A stretch of DNA of 64,000 nt from positions 24,650-88,649 of the forward strand of contig QHVH01000031.1 of the NCBI GenBank assembly GCA_003222245.1, given 5' to 3'. Within the stretch, counting starts at the first letter, position 1, and every line of letters begins with the position of its first letter. Positions 37,790 through 48,481 of this stretch are shown here, piece after piece. A program made the translations under genes and the position numbers. The notes below the pieces were generated by a model. It was not told where the DNA came from, did no database searches, and was given only the letters and a program-made list of their open reading frames with translations. The stretch is from Blastocatellia bacterium AA13. Its GTDB lineage: Bacteria > Acidobacteriota > Blastocatellia > UBA7656.

Positions 37790-38815
37790 ATGAGAAGATA
37801 TTTGCAGCTATTACTCGCCGCCGTAGTTCTGCTTACAGTGGCGGGTTTCGCCAGTTCCGCATACGCACAGGAGCGCGAAATTGATCCGAACATGGATCGA
37901 GGAGATCGCACGCTTCCTCAGGATAGTGAGATCCTTCCGAAGGTCATTCATCGCATCAACCTGCGCGGTGCCGACAGCTTTGACAAAGTCGGCTCCGAGG
38001 TTTCGGCGACTGGATTCGCGGCTCCGACCGGAGGCACGGGAACGGTTGGCCCGCTTCGATATCACAACGGTCCGCTGATGAACACGCCGGTTGTTTACAT
38101 CGTGTTTTACGGAAATTGGAATCAGACAAATGGCTCGGACACCGCGGCCGGCCAACAACTCATTCGAGATTATCTTCACAACGTAGGCGGTTCCCCCTAC
38201 TTCCGCTTGAATTCGACGCTGGCAGCCAGCGGCCAGCCGATCAGCGGGAACGTAACTTATGGCGGTGATACGACCGACACAGGTTCGCTGGGCCTATCGT
38301 TAAGCGATACCTCTGTCCTCACAGCTATCACCAATTCTATCAGCGCGGGTAAACTTCCGAACGACCCGAATGGCGTTTACTTTCTGATCAGCGCGACGAA
38401 TGTCGCCGAGACTTCCGGGTTCTGCTCACAGTACTGCGGATTCCACACGGCTTCAAATACGGGCGTAGGTCACATTCGCTGGTCATTTGTTGGAAACGCG
38501 AACCGCTGTTTGAACGGCTGCGCCGTTCAAACGACGAGCCCCAACGGTAATGCCGGTATCGACGCAACTATATCGGTAATCTCCCACGAGCTGGCGGAAA
38601 CCGTAACCGATCCGGATGCCGGCAACGGCTGGTTCTCGCGCAGCGGCGCTGAAAATGGCGATCTGTGCAACTTCACTTTTGGCCATGCTCAGTTCCAGAC
38701 TTCCAACGGATCATTCGCCAATTTGACAGTCGGCGGCAAGAATTACCTGGTTCAGCGTCTGATCTTGCACACGTCGACCAATGATCATTGCATGATGAGC
38801 TCGACTCAGAATTGA
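37790..38815 (+). CDS. secreted PHI-1 / EXORDIUM-family protein (Phi_1 domain)
   Basis: Signal peptide MRRYLQLLLAAVVLLTVAGFASSAYA. Blocks YHNGPLMNTPVVYIVFYGNW, YFLISATNVAETSGFCSQYCGFHTAS, IRWSFVGNANRCLNGCA and NGNAGIDATISVISHELAETVTDPDAGNGWF align with the conserved regions of plant EXORDIUM as I recall them. Confidence 0.65.
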   Translation: MRRYLQLLLAAVVLLTVAGFASSAYAQEREIDPNMDRGDRTLPQDSEILPKVIHRINLRGADSFDKVGSEVSATGFAAPTGGTGTVGPLRYHNGPLMNTPVVYIVFYGNWNQTNGSDTAAGQQLIRDYLHNVGGSPYFRLNSTLAASGQPISGNVTYGGDTTDTGSLGLSLSDTSVLTAITNSISAGKLPNDPNGVYFLISATNVAETSGFCSQYCGFHTASNTGVGHIRWSFVGNANRCLNGCAVQTTSPNGNAGIDATISVISHELAETVTDPDAGNGWFSRSGAENGDLCNFTFGHAQFQTSNGSFANLTVGGKNYLVQRLILHTSTNDHCMMSSTQN

Positions 38816-38881
38816 GAATTTCCAATTAAAAAAGAGCGCCGCACAAAGTTTTGCGAGCGCCTGACAAGACGCACTATACAG

Positions 38882-38915
38882 AAACCACCGGATTTCCGGT
38901 GGTTTTCTTGTCTCT
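38882..38915 (+). terminator. rho-independent terminator (AAACCACCGG-ATTT-CCGGTGGTTT + T-rich)
   Basis: A perfect 10-bp stem with a 4-nt loop is followed by TCTTGTCTCTG. It lies 67 nt after the PHI-1-like stop. Confidence 0.5.
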
Positions 38916-38978
38916 GCTTGTCGAAGATCGGCTTCGACGCCGTTTAGTGAATGAACTTGGAAGTCTGAATACCAGGGC

Positions 38979-39815
38979 CTACTTCTTTTGCTGGGAGAGA
39001 AGCTCATCGATAATCGCCTTGAACTCCTCGTAAGAGCCGCCGCCTACAAAGGCGCTCGTCGCTCTGACGACCTCACCATCCGTGGTCACGGTTCCGATGG
39101 CGAAGGCGGGTGTTCCGTTTATCCCAAGTCGCTGCGCGCTCGAGATACTCCTCCTGATTTCGTCGGTATGTCTGTCGCCGCTGAGACACTCGCTGAATTT
39201 GGCTTCGTCCAGGCCCAGCTTCTTCGCGCGTTCCACAAAGTCTTTTGGCGAAAGGGCCGCCTGATTCGCGAAGAGGCTGTCGTGCATCTCCCAGAATTTT
39301 CCCTGTTCAGCGGCGCAGCGAGCAGCGCGAGCGGCCGGCAGCGCGTTCGGGTGTCCCGACAGGGGCAAATCGCGGAAGTAATATTTCACCTTTCCGGTCT
39401 TCACGTAGCTCTCGACTAATTTTGAATAAGTCTCTCTCGAGTACTGGCCGCAATAAGGGCACTCGAAATCGGAGTACTCAATTATCGCAACGCGAGCGGC
39501 CGCATCTCCGTTGAATGGCTCGCCGTGCACATTAAACGTGACGAACTGCGGCGGCTGTTCGGCGGGGCGGGCTGCCTGCATTTCCATAAGCAGCCGCTTC
39601 AGTTCTTTCAGCTCGGTCAAAATTTGCTGCTGAGCTTCTTGAAGATCGTGTACCTGCTTCTTAAGGGTCGAGATGTCTTCCTGCGGCTTTCCTTTATCTT
39701 CTTTTTGGCGTGCCTGGCTGGACATGACCGGGCTCATCAAAAACAAGCTCAGAAGGACCAATACAACCACCGCTCGCCCGCTGGAATTCAAAAATCGACT
39801 CGGCATCACTTTCAT
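38979..39815 (-). CDS. DsbA-family thiol:disulfide oxidoreductase with N-terminal coiled-coil
   Basis: Signal/anchor sequence, then a coiled-coil (LKKQVHDLQEAQQQILTELKELKRL), then a thioredoxin fold with CPYC (EYSDFECPYCGQY). Confidence 0.75.
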   Translation of the reverse strand: MKVMPSRFLNSSGRAVVVLVLLSLFLMSPVMSSQARQKEDKGKPQEDISTLKKQVHDLQEAQQQILTELKELKRLLMEMQAARPAEQPPQFVTFNVHGEPFNGDAAARVAIIEYSDFECPYCGQYSRETYSKLVESYVKTGKVKYYFRDLPLSGHPNALPAARAARCAAEQGKFWEMHDSLFANQAALSPKDFVERAKKLGLDEAKFSECLSGDRHTDEIRRSISSAQRLGINGTPAFAIGTVTTDGEVVRATSAFVGGGSYEEFKAIIDELLSQQKK

Positions 39816-39896
39816 TACTTTGCTCCATGAGCCGCAAGGTGCGGCAATCTATTTTTCCAATTTTGCTAAATCAAACGACAATGACCAGAAGGCGAA

Positions 39897-41261
39897 TCAC
39901 CTCGTCCACCTTCCGCTTGGCGTCTTTACCGGCCCCGGATGAAAGAAGCTCTCCGGAGTCATCACGCCGTCTTTCTTGAAAACCATGCCATTCTTCATCA
40001 CGAACTGAACATTGCGCAAAGCATCGATGTTGCTGAGAGGATCGCCCGAGACAGCGATCAGATCCGCATACATTCCCGCTTTGATCGGGCCTCTTTCGTT
40101 TATTACATCGGCGGCTTTATAACCGTTGATCGTCATCGCTCGCAAGATGTCGGCGGCCGGAATGCCGGCGGCTTTCCACGTCTCAATGAACGCGATCGAC
40201 AAGTCGCCTCGCGTGAGCCACTCACCAGTCTTTTGATCTTTCATCCGTTCGTTCCAATAATCGAAGTCGGTTGAGAACGTCAGCGGGACTTTCTTCTCCC
40301 AGGCATCCTTCAACTTCGCAACCGTCTGTTTGAAAGCGGCGTCTGCGCCTCGATAGTTGGTGAACGGAGTATCGGTGCCGGCCAGGAAGATTCCCTTCTC
40401 CGCCATCTGCCGATGATGTTCGGGTGTCAGAGCGTTTCCGTGAGCGATTATATAAATTCCGGCGTCGATGGCGCGTTGAGCGCCTTCGGGTGTCTGCACG
40501 TGACCTTCGACTTTACAGCCGCCTTTTGCTGCCTCCCTGATGGCCAGCTTGATGTCGTCCACCGAATATCCCCAGGGCTTGCAGTCAACGCAGAGCTTGA
40601 TGGTTCGGGCGCCGAACAACATGTTCTCGCGTATCGCTCGAACGATCTCGTCGGGGCTGTTAGCGTCGATGTATTCGGGGAACATCATATTGTGATACTT
40701 GTACATCTCCGGCGTGGGCCAGAACTGGCCGCCCGTCGCGCCGATTATCGGTCCCGACGGAATCACTGTAGGGCCGGGGAGCCAGCCTTGCTCGATGGCT
40801 TGTCGCAACGCGGTATCCGCATACAGCGCGTTGTTCCCGACGTCACGCACTACGGTGAACCCGGAGCTAAGCATTTGAATTCCATTCGACGCGGCCTGAA
40901 TCGCTCGCAAAGGGGTCGACTCCATCACAAATGTCAGATAGTAGTAGTTGTTTTCAGGCTGTTCCTTATAAGTGATCGCCATATGAGTGTGCGCGTCGAC
41001 CAGCCCCGGCATCACGGTGAGCCTGGATAGATCAATCACGGATGCTCCGGCCGGAATCGCGAGATTAGAACCCACACCGGTGATCTTCTCGCCTTCGACG
41101 AGGATGATCTGGTTCGCGGCCGCCGTCCCTGTTTCGGGATCAATAAGGCGGCCCGCTCTTATTGCGGTAATCCTGGCCGGCTGTGATTGACCGCTTACAG
41201 GAATCACGGCGGCAGCCGCAATCAATAAAAGGAACAGCCCGATCTGCGCACGTTTTGTCAT
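39897..41261 (-). CDS. amidohydrolase-family metal-dependent hydrolase (secreted)
   Basis: GLVDAHTHM metal-binding motif. Start set at MTKRAQIGLFLLLIAAAAV (signal peptide) with a GAGGAG ribosome-binding site. The ORF track's 41306 start would overlap the upstream permease gene. Confidence 0.8.
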   Translation of the reverse strand: MTKRAQIGLFLLLIAAAAVIPVSGQSQPARITAIRAGRLIDPETGTAAANQIILVEGEKITGVGSNLAIPAGASVIDLSRLTVMPGLVDAHTHMAITYKEQPENNYYYLTFVMESTPLRAIQAASNGIQMLSSGFTVVRDVGNNALYADTALRQAIEQGWLPGPTVIPSGPIIGATGGQFWPTPEMYKYHNMMFPEYIDANSPDEIVRAIRENMLFGARTIKLCVDCKPWGYSVDDIKLAIREAAKGGCKVEGHVQTPEGAQRAIDAGIYIIAHGNALTPEHHRQMAEKGIFLAGTDTPFTNYRGADAAFKQTVAKLKDAWEKKVPLTFSTDFDYWNERMKDQKTGEWLTRGDLSIAFIETWKAAGIPAADILRAMTINGYKAADVINERGPIKAGMYADLIAVSGDPLSNIDALRNVQFVMKNGMVFKKDGVMTPESFFHPGPVKTPSGRWTR

Positions 41262-41298
41262 TGTCGGCTCCTCGGTTGTTTTCTTACTGCACTGATCT

Positions 41299-43761
41299 TT
41301 ATTCATATCGCAACGCTATCATCGGATCGACTCGCGCGGCACGGCGAGCCGGCAGATAGCTCGCCAGTATCGCTACGAGAACAAGCCACGTCGATACAGC
41401 CGCGAAGGTAAACGGGTCAGCCGCGCCGGTGTTGAAGAGCAAGCTCGACATGAGCCGCGTCAGAGCGAAGGCGCCGGCCAATCCTAAACTGACCCCAACT
41501 GAAATAAGCATCAAGGCGTTCCGAATTACCAATCTCAAGATGTTTGACTGCCGCGCTCCAAGCGCCATCCGAATGCCGAACTCGTGTGTTCGCTGGTTGA
41601 CCGAGTAGCTGATTACTCCATAAACGCCGATCGCCGCGAGTATCAAAGCGAAAGCCGCGAACGCGCCGAGCAACAACATTGAAAATCGCCGCCTCGCGAG
41701 AGAATCGAAGAGGCGTTGATCCATTGTTCGCACGTCGTAAACCGGAAGCTCGGCATCCATCGTCCTCAGCTCGCCGGTAATCGCTTCGGTCATTCGAGCG
41801 GGGTCCGAAGTCGTTCGCACTACCAGGTACAGAGTCCCGATAGGAAACTGCCCGGATGACAGATAGATTGTTATCGAAGGCTCATTGTCGACGCTGAAGT
41901 GCTTTGTATCCCGAATCACTCCGACTACGGTTCGCCACGGCCCCGAGCTCCCCGGCCTCACATGCTTTCCGAGCGGGCTCTCGCCGGGCCAGAAGCGCTC
42001 GGCCATCTCTTCATTCACAATCACCGTCTCCATCGCGCCTTTCACATCGCGTTCGTCGAAATATCTTCCGCTTACGAGCGGCACTCTCATGACGTTGAAG
42101 TATTCCGGACTAACAAATCTCTCGTTGGCGATAATCGAGTCCTGGGCCGTTTGGGACACGTAGCCTTCGACCGTAATCGGGCCCCAGGCAAGGGCAACAG
42201 AGCTCATCGGAAGAGAATAATTCGTGCCCACCGATTCGACTCCAGGGAGCGCCTTGACCCGCTCGCAGAGCTGCTTATAGAAGGCCGACACCGCCTCTGG
42301 TTTCGAATACCGCACCGCCGGCAACGACAGGCGCAACGACAGGACGTTGTGCGGATTGAATCCGGGATTCGCATCCTGAATCCGCTGGTAGCTTCTAATG
42401 AGCAGTCCGGCGCCGATCAAAAGGATCAGGGAAAGGGCTACTTCCGCAATCACCAGCAGATTGCGAACCCGGTGATGTCCGCCGGCGAAGACGCCGGCCC
42501 CGACGGACCCGCGTCCTCCATCTTTAAGCACTTCGTTGAGGTCGACTCGTGAAGCGCGCAAGGCTGGAACGAGTCCAAAAATCACGCCCGTGATAAGAGA
42601 AACAAGAAACGTAAATGCCGCCACCCGCAAATCGATTCCAATCTCATTTAATCTGGGAACGCTCTGAGGGCCGAAAATCCGGAGAGCTTTCACCGCGACA
42701 AACGCGACCGCAAGCCCGGCAATTCCTCCGAATAGCGAGAGCAACACGCTCTCGGTCAACAACTGACCCAGAATCCGGCGTCTGCTCGCGCCGACCGCGG
42801 TGCGAATCGCAATTTCCTTCTCGCGAATCGAGGCGCGGGACAAGAGTAGGTTGGCGACATTCGCGCAGGCGATCAGGAGAACAAAGGTGACTGCTCCCAG
42901 AAGCACGACGAGCGCTCGTCGAATGTCTCCGACGACCTGTTGGAGCAGCGGGACGGCGCTGATGGTGAATCCGCTGTTAGGAGGATAGCTCTCGGGGTAG
43001 CGCTCTTTCATACGTTCGACGATTGCATCGAGATCGGCCTGGGCTTGCGCTACTGTAACGCTCGGCTTCAGCTTGCCGAAAATATTGTAGTCCTCATGAG
43101 TTCTCGTAGCGCGAAGCGCCTGACTCATGGGCAGCGGCAGCAATATCTCCGCGTTCTTAATGCCATTCACCGTCGGCATTACTTCTTTGCTCAACGAAAA
43201 CTCGCGGGGCATGATTCCAACAATAGTGAAGTTGTTACCGTTCAGGTTCAGAGCCCTGCCTATCACATCGCGATCCGAACCAAACCGGCGCTCCCAAAAC
43301 CCATGGCTCAAGATAACCGTCTGGGGCTTTCCGGGCTCGTCCTCTTCCGTCAAGAACACTCTTCCCTCGGCGGCATTGGCGCCGAGAAGCGGAAAGAGCG
43401 AAGAAGAGACGCGGGCTCCGTCGACGTGCTCCGGAAGGCCGTCGCCCGTTAGATTGAAACTGCCGTCTATGGTGCAGGCGACTTCTTCAAATACCTGATT
43501 CTCGTTTTTGATGTCTACATACTCGCCCGGTGAAAGCCAGTCCTGAGCAATGTTCAGCCCGGGCGAACGATTCCACAGAATCACCAGCCGGTCCGCGTCG
43601 GAAAAAGGCAACGGTCTAAATAGGAGAGAATTTATTACGCTGAAAATAGCGCTGTTCGCGCCGATGCCAATGGCGAGCGAAAGAATTGCCACAACGGTGA
43701 AACCGGGTTTTCGAGCCAACGTGCGAAGGCCATAACAAAGGTCACGCCAAATCGTCTCCAT
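41299..43761 (-). CDS. ABC transporter permease, FtsX/MacB-like duplicated permease (ADOP family)
   Basis: [52 protein letters not shown] is the hallmark N-terminus of Acidobacterial duplicated orphan permeases. 820 aa, two FtsX modules. Confidence 0.85.
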   Translation of the reverse strand: METIWRDLCYGLRTLARKPGFTVVAILSLAIGIGANSAIFSVINSLLFRPLPFSDADRLVILWNRSPGLNIAQDWLSPGEYVDIKNENQVFEEVACTIDGSFNLTGDGLPEHVDGARVSSSLFPLLGANAAEGRVFLTEEDEPGKPQTVILSHGFWERRFGSDRDVIGRALNLNGNNFTIVGIMPREFSLSKEVMPTVNGIKNAEILLPLPMSQALRATRTHEDYNIFGKLKPSVTVAQAQADLDAIVERMKERYPESYPPNSGFTISAVPLLQQVVGDIRRALVVLLGAVTFVLLIACANVANLLLSRASIREKEIAIRTAVGASRRRILGQLLTESVLLSLFGGIAGLAVAFVAVKALRIFGPQSVPRLNEIGIDLRVAAFTFLVSLITGVIFGLVPALRASRVDLNEVLKDGGRGSVGAGVFAGGHHRVRNLLVIAEVALSLILLIGAGLLIRSYQRIQDANPGFNPHNVLSLRLSLPAVRYSKPEAVSAFYKQLCERVKALPGVESVGTNYSLPMSSVALAWGPITVEGYVSQTAQDSIIANERFVSPEYFNVMRVPLVSGRYFDERDVKGAMETVIVNEEMAERFWPGESPLGKHVRPGSSGPWRTVVGVIRDTKHFSVDNEPSITIYLSSGQFPIGTLYLVVRTTSDPARMTEAITGELRTMDAELPVYDVRTMDQRLFDSLARRRFSMLLLGAFAAFALILAAIGVYGVISYSVNQRTHEFGIRMALGARQSNILRLVIRNALMLISVGVSLGLAGAFALTRLMSSLLFNTGAADPFTFAAVSTWLVLVAILASYLPARRAARVDPMIALRYE

Positions 43762-44117
43762 CTAGTCACCTCGACAGCCGCAACAACAAAGATATTGTCT
43801 GGCCGGATCAGCGGCATGATGTTCCATCCGCCTTCCAAACGCCAGTCGATTTGATAAATATCCGGGTGTAACGATGGCGAATGAGAATGGACGCTCAGTA
43901 GAAGACAAAGATCCGAGAGATGTTCAACCTGATTCAAAAGCAATCAAAAATAATTTCCTGGGTTGTATTTTTCGCCGCCTATAGCGGTCATTGGAAGCTC
44001 GAACTATGCTGAGGCTCCGCGCCATGATGGAAGATCATGCCCTGACTCAATTACCGGAACGGTTCAAATATAGTAAACCGCGCGCCGCATGTTTTAGTTT
44101 GTATCTAACGTTTCAGT

Positions 44118-44162
44118 TTGCGACGTAACGCCAATCGTCAGGTTGCGACGTAACGCCAATCG
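44118..44162. promoter_or_regulatory. two 20-bp direct repeats (TTGCGACGTAACGCCAATCG, 25-bp period) upstream of the copper operon promoter
   Basis: Exact copies at 44118-44137 and 44143-44162, about 150 bp upstream of the -35 element. Confidence 0.45.
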
Positions 44163-44310
44163 ATGGGTTCGACAACGAGTTCGAGAATGACTCGGCGCGC
44201 CCAAACATGTAATTTTTTTTTCTAAGGCGCGATTTGGAATATGCGGCGATATACCACGGTTTTGTAGAAAAAGTCCCCCAATGGGTGATTGCGTCCTTTT
44301 GAAAATGTGC

Positions 44311-44338
44311 TTGCCATCACTTCTAAAGAGTATATAAT
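44311..44338 (+). promoter_or_regulatory. sigma70-like promoter (TTGCCA-16-TATAAT) for the MCO-cusBA operon
   Basis: TTGCCA at 44311-44316 and a perfect TATAAT at 44333-44338. The ATG follows about 220 nt downstream. Confidence 0.45.
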
Positions 44339-44559
44339 GGGGCCGCCTCGGGTTCATTTCAAAACGTCATATGCCGGAATGCCGAGGAACTCCACTCGCA
44401 CTGTTGGAGTCTTACTGTCGCTAGAGAACAAGGGCTGGAATTAAGCGGGCGATCTAATAGAAAGGATCCGTCGAATGAGGAGACGTGCCTACATTAGGCG
44501 AACCTCTATTGGACGAGCCGCTTCATTCCACAGTCTTTTCCCAAGGAGGAAAAACTCAC

Positions 44560-46695
44560 ATGACTAGAAGTGTGAAGATTCTCGGATTGCTGCTATTAGC
44601 CGCGACGCTCAGTTCACCACTATGGATTTCGCGGTTGATGAGAACTGTTTCTGCTCAGCGCGCTACGGTGGCCATGGCCGCAAAGAGCCAGCAAGTAAAA
44701 CCACACCAAGACCGCAAGCACATGCATATGAAGAATTGGGCAGCGGAGCCGACAGGAGCCGCCGGTGTATTCCCGCTGGATCCCAATACCATTCCGAAGT
44801 GGAAGAACCAACTGATCAGGTTGCCGACCTTCGTTCCCGTGGGAACTCAACGGGAGCCGTCGACCGGCAAAAACCTTCCCCTCTATGAGGTCACTGAACA
44901 GGATGTTCAGATTCCTCTGTTGCCGCCGGGATTTCCTACGACCAAGTCCTATGCTTACGGCGGTAAAGTGAATCTGGCCGATCCGGGCGAGCCCGCGAAC
45001 ATTCAAACGGCGTTCTCCGTGCCGGGTCCGACGTTCGAGGCCGTTCGTAATCAGCGCATTTTTGTTCACTACATAAACAACATCAGTGGTCCTCACATGT
45101 TCCCAGTCGATCCAACAATCATGGCGGCGAATGTCAACAACTCGCCGATACCCACGCCTCCTTTTCAGCCGTTCCCTCCGGGCTACGCACAGTTTCAGAG
45201 CCCGGTTGCGACCGTGCCGCATTTGCACGGAGGCGTCACCCCGTCCGATTCAGACGGTTTTCCCGAGTCCTGGTTTACGAAGGGCCTGACGAGGAAGGGC
45301 CCAACGTTCAACGGCACTACTTTTGAGTACTTCAACGGACAGTTGCCGACAACGCTGTGGTATCACGATCATGCTCTGGGTATGACGCGCCTGAATGTGG
45401 CCGCGGGGCTCGAAGGCACGTACATCATCCGCGACCCTAACGACACCGTTGCGCCGCTGCTTCCCTCGGGCAAGTTCGAGGTTCCGCTTATGATAACGGA
45501 TAAGGCCTTCAACACCGACGGCTCGATCCATTTCACGCAAGTAGGCGACAACCCCGACATCCACCCTTATTGGGATCCCGAGTACTTCGGCGATACGATC
45601 CTGGTGAACGGAAAAGTATGGCCTAATTTCAAGGTCGAACGCCGCCAGTACCGTTTTCGCATCGTGAATGGCTCCAATGCTCGCTTTTACAACCTGAAGC
45701 TTTCAAACGGCCAGTCCTTTATTCAGGTCGGAGCGGATGGCAGCTACTTGCCGAAGCCCGTAACCGAGACGGAAGCGCTTTTGGCGCCTTGTGAGAGAGC
45801 CGACATCCTGATCGACTTCTCGAACGTGCCGGCCGGCACGAAGATCATCCTCCTTAACACCGCCAATCAGCCCTTCCCAGGCGGCGATCCTAACGATCCC
45901 AACACAACAGGTCAGGTCATGCGCTTTGAAGTGCTGAATACAACGGCCGTTCATCCGCGTGCCTTGCCTGCCACCTTGATCACCATTCCGACGCTCATTG
46001 AAACCGAAGGCATCGGAAATCCGAAACTCTTCACGCTCAACGAGCAGGAAAGCGACGTTGGCGAGCCGGTAGCAGTTCTCATCGACGGACAGCACTTCGA
46101 TGCGGACATCACCGAGGTCCCCAGGGTCGGCACGACCGAGGCGTGGTATTTCCAGAACCTCACGGAGGACGCGCATCCCATTCACATTCATCTGGTCGAG
46201 TTTCAATTGGAGGATCGGCAGGATATAGACGTGGCGCGGTTCACGGCTTATTGGCAAAGCCTGAACGGCGATACACTCCCGCTCAACCATCCCACCGTCA
46301 GAGCCAACGTTGAAACACCGGTATTCGATCCTGCTACGGGAACGACACATGACTTCCTGACCGGACCTTCGGAGCCGCCCTCGCCGCAAGAGAGCGGGTG
46401 GAAGGACGTATTCATCGCTCCGCCCGGAAAGGTCACTCGAGTGCTGCTACGCATCGCGCCGCAGACCTCGAAGGAATCGGATCTGTTCCCAGGAAAGAAT
46501 GCTTTCCCGTTTGACCCGACCATTGGGCCGGGCTACGTATGGCACTGCCATATTCTCGATCACGAAGACAACGACATGATGCGGCCGATGAAGTTCACCA
46601 CGGCTCCACCGACTGTAGCCAGCACCAAGGCGGTGTTACCAAACCGCAAACGTACTGCGCGACAACATGGCGTTGGCGCTGGTGGACAGAGATAG
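44560..46695 (+). CDS. multicopper oxidase (CueO/CotA/bilirubin-oxidase-like, three cupredoxin domains)
   Basis: All four copper-ligand motifs are present: HLHGG, WYHDHA, HPIHIHL and HCHILDHEDNDMM. Start at 44560 (MTRSVKILGLLLL) with AGGAGG 9 nt upstream. No RR Tat motif is evident. Confidence 0.85.
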   Translation: MTRSVKILGLLLLAATLSSPLWISRLMRTVSAQRATVAMAAKSQQVKPHQDRKHMHMKNWAAEPTGAAGVFPLDPNTIPKWKNQLIRLPTFVPVGTQREPSTGKNLPLYEVTEQDVQIPLLPPGFPTTKSYAYGGKVNLADPGEPANIQTAFSVPGPTFEAVRNQRIFVHYINNISGPHMFPVDPTIMAANVNNSPIPTPPFQPFPPGYAQFQSPVATVPHLHGGVTPSDSDGFPESWFTKGLTRKGPTFNGTTFEYFNGQLPTTLWYHDHALGMTRLNVAAGLEGTYIIRDPNDTVAPLLPSGKFEVPLMITDKAFNTDGSIHFTQVGDNPDIHPYWDPEYFGDTILVNGKVWPNFKVERRQYRFRIVNGSNARFYNLKLSNGQSFIQVGADGSYLPKPVTETEALLAPCERADILIDFSNVPAGTKIILLNTANQPFPGGDPNDPNTTGQVMRFEVLNTTAVHPRALPATLITIPTLIETEGIGNPKLFTLNEQESDVGEPVAVLIDGQHFDADITEVPRVGTTEAWYFQNLTEDAHPIHIHLVEFQLEDRQDIDVARFTAYWQSLNGDTLPLNHPTVRANVETPVFDPATGTTHDFLTGPSEPPSPQESGWKDVFIAPPGKVTRVLLRIAPQTSKESDLFPGKNAFPFDPTIGPGYVWHCHILDHEDNDMMRPMKFTTAPPTVASTKAVLPNRKRTARQHGVGAGGQR

Positions 46696-46936
46696 AGAAA
46701 TACGATGTCCTGCCGGCAGCGCTTGCCGCCGAGTCAGGGCTCGCTTCCTCTAACACTCTAGTGTCTGTTCTAACTAGAGTGATTGGGTACAAGGTGTAAG
46801 GGGTGGGGCTGCCAGGTGCATGCCTCGCGGCTCCATCCTCTATTCCATTCAGGGGAACACCCCACCCTTCCGCTGCCCCAGTTGACGCCGGCTTCGTCCT
46901 GGGATAATCATATCCGGCCGGTCCTATCGAAAAGAG

Positions 46937-48481
46937 GTGCTCGTTATGGGCAAGAGGCTTCTGATCCTGTCGGTCACCGGGCTCGCTTTCGCGGCGGGCA
47001 TCGCGTTCTCCCACTTTTATAAGGGCGACACTCAGGCCGTAGCTGACAAGAAAAACGGCCGCAAAATCCTGTACTACTACGATCCCATGCATCCGTCCTA
47101 CACATCGGACAAACCCGGAATTGCGCCTGATTGCGAAATGGATCTGGTTCCAAAGTACGCCGAGGAAGCTGAGGCCAAACCGGCGGCGGCACGGAAGAAA
47201 GAACGCAAAATTCTCTACTACGTCGATCCGATGCATCCTTCCTATCGCTCCGATAAACCGGGGATAGCGCCCGATTGCAACATGAAGCTCGAGCCGGTTT
47301 ACGCTCAAGAAGAGCGCGATATGGATGGGGCGGCTGACGACAATGCACCGGTGGATGCCGTTCACATAAGCCCGGAAAAACAACAACTGATCGGGGTTGA
47401 GTACGGCAGCGTCGAGTACGGCCCGGCCTTTCAAACGGTAAGAGCCGCCGCCAAGGTCGGGTGGGACGAGAACAAGGTCGCCAGGGTGCAAGTGAAGTAC
47501 GACGGTTGGATCGACGAGATATTTGTCAACCTGGTAGGCGCTCGAGTGCGGAAGCGCCAACCGTTAGCTACGGTCTATAACCCGATGTCTACTGAGGCCC
47601 AGATGGACTTCATCAGGCATGCCAATAGACGGCTTATGCCGGCGGCGCCTCAGATGCGCGGGCAGTCGAACATGGCGACGCCGCAGCCGGCCCAGGTCAA
47701 AGCAAGTGATTCTCAACCCGATTCACAGACCGCCCAGGGAGTCAAACAAGGCGCCGCGCCGGCCGCCGCATCAACTACAGATCCCAACGCCGGTCTTGAC
47801 TATGAGGCCCTGCTTGCCGGCGATCGCTACCGGCTTCAGCAGATGGGATTCGACGACGAGGTGCTTGCGACAATAGCAAAGACACGGACTCCGGTAAGGA
47901 GTCTGACCGTTTACTCGCCGATCAACGGCGTCGTAGTAGAACGCAACGCGTTTCCGAAGCAAAGGGTAACGCCGGACACCATGTACACGATCGTGGATCT
48001 ATCGACGGTTTGGGTCACCGCTGATCTCTTCGAGTATGAAGCAGGAGCGATCCAGGCAGGCCAGAGCGCTGTCCTTTCCATGCCGTTTATGCCCGGTAAG
48101 CGCTTTAAGGGAAAAGTCGATTCGATTCTGCCCGCTATCGACCCGACGACGAGGACGCTGAAAGTTCGACTCGTCTTCGACAATTTGAACAATGCACTCA
48201 TGCCTGAAATGTACGGCGACGTTGAGTTGCGAGTCGGCGGTATGAAACGGCTTATGGTTGCGCAAAGCGCGGTTCTAGACTCCGGTCTCCGGCAAGTCGT
48301 ATTCGTAGATCGCGGCAACGGCTACTTCGAGCCAAGGGACGTCAAGACCGGCCGCCGCTTCGGAGATAGAATCGAGGTGCTCAGCGGCCTAAAGGCCGGC
48401 GAGCGAATCGTCACCTCGGGCAATTTTCTCATCGACTCCGAAAGTCAGTTGAAGGCGAGCCGCGCCGGTCATGATCGATAG
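46937..48481 (+). CDS. cusB: efflux RND periplasmic adaptor subunit, CusB-like, with a duplicated N-terminal metal-binding motif
   Basis: Two copies of KILYY.DPMHPSY.SDKPGIAPDC.M.L.P (a variant of the CusB-N metal-binding domain with Cys replaced by Asp/Ala), followed by a membrane-fusion-protein body. GAGG ribosome-binding site. Confidence 0.85.
   Translation: MLVMGKRLLILSVTGLAFAAGIAFSHFYKGDTQAVADKKNGRKILYYYDPMHPSYTSDKPGIAPDCEMDLVPKYAEEAEAKPAAARKKERKILYYVDPMHPSYRSDKPGIAPDCNMKLEPVYAQEERDMDGAADDNAPVDAVHISPEKQQLIGVEYGSVEYGPAFQTVRAAAKVGWDENKVARVQVKYDGWIDEIFVNLVGARVRKRQPLATVYNPMSTEAQMDFIRHANRRLMPAAPQMRGQSNMATPQPAQVKASDSQPDSQTAQGVKQGAAPAAASTTDPNAGLDYEALLAGDRYRLQQMGFDDEVLATIAKTRTPVRSLTVYSPINGVVVERNAFPKQRVTPDTMYTIVDLSTVWVTADLFEYEAGAIQAGQSAVLSMPFMPGKRFKGKVDSILPAIDPTTRTLKVRLVFDNLNNALMPEMYGDVELRVGGMKRLMVAQSAVLDSGLRQVVFVDRGNGYFEPRDVKTGRRFGDRIEVLSGLKAGERIVTSGNFLIDSESQLKASRAGHDR

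Noticed and set aside
44560-46695. Tat signal peptide on the multicopper oxidase
   Set aside because: MCOs are often Tat substrates, but the N-terminus (MTRSVKILGLLLLAATLSSPLWISRLMRTVSAQRA) has no twin-arginine (S/T-R-R-x-F-L-K) motif. I leave the export route unassigned.
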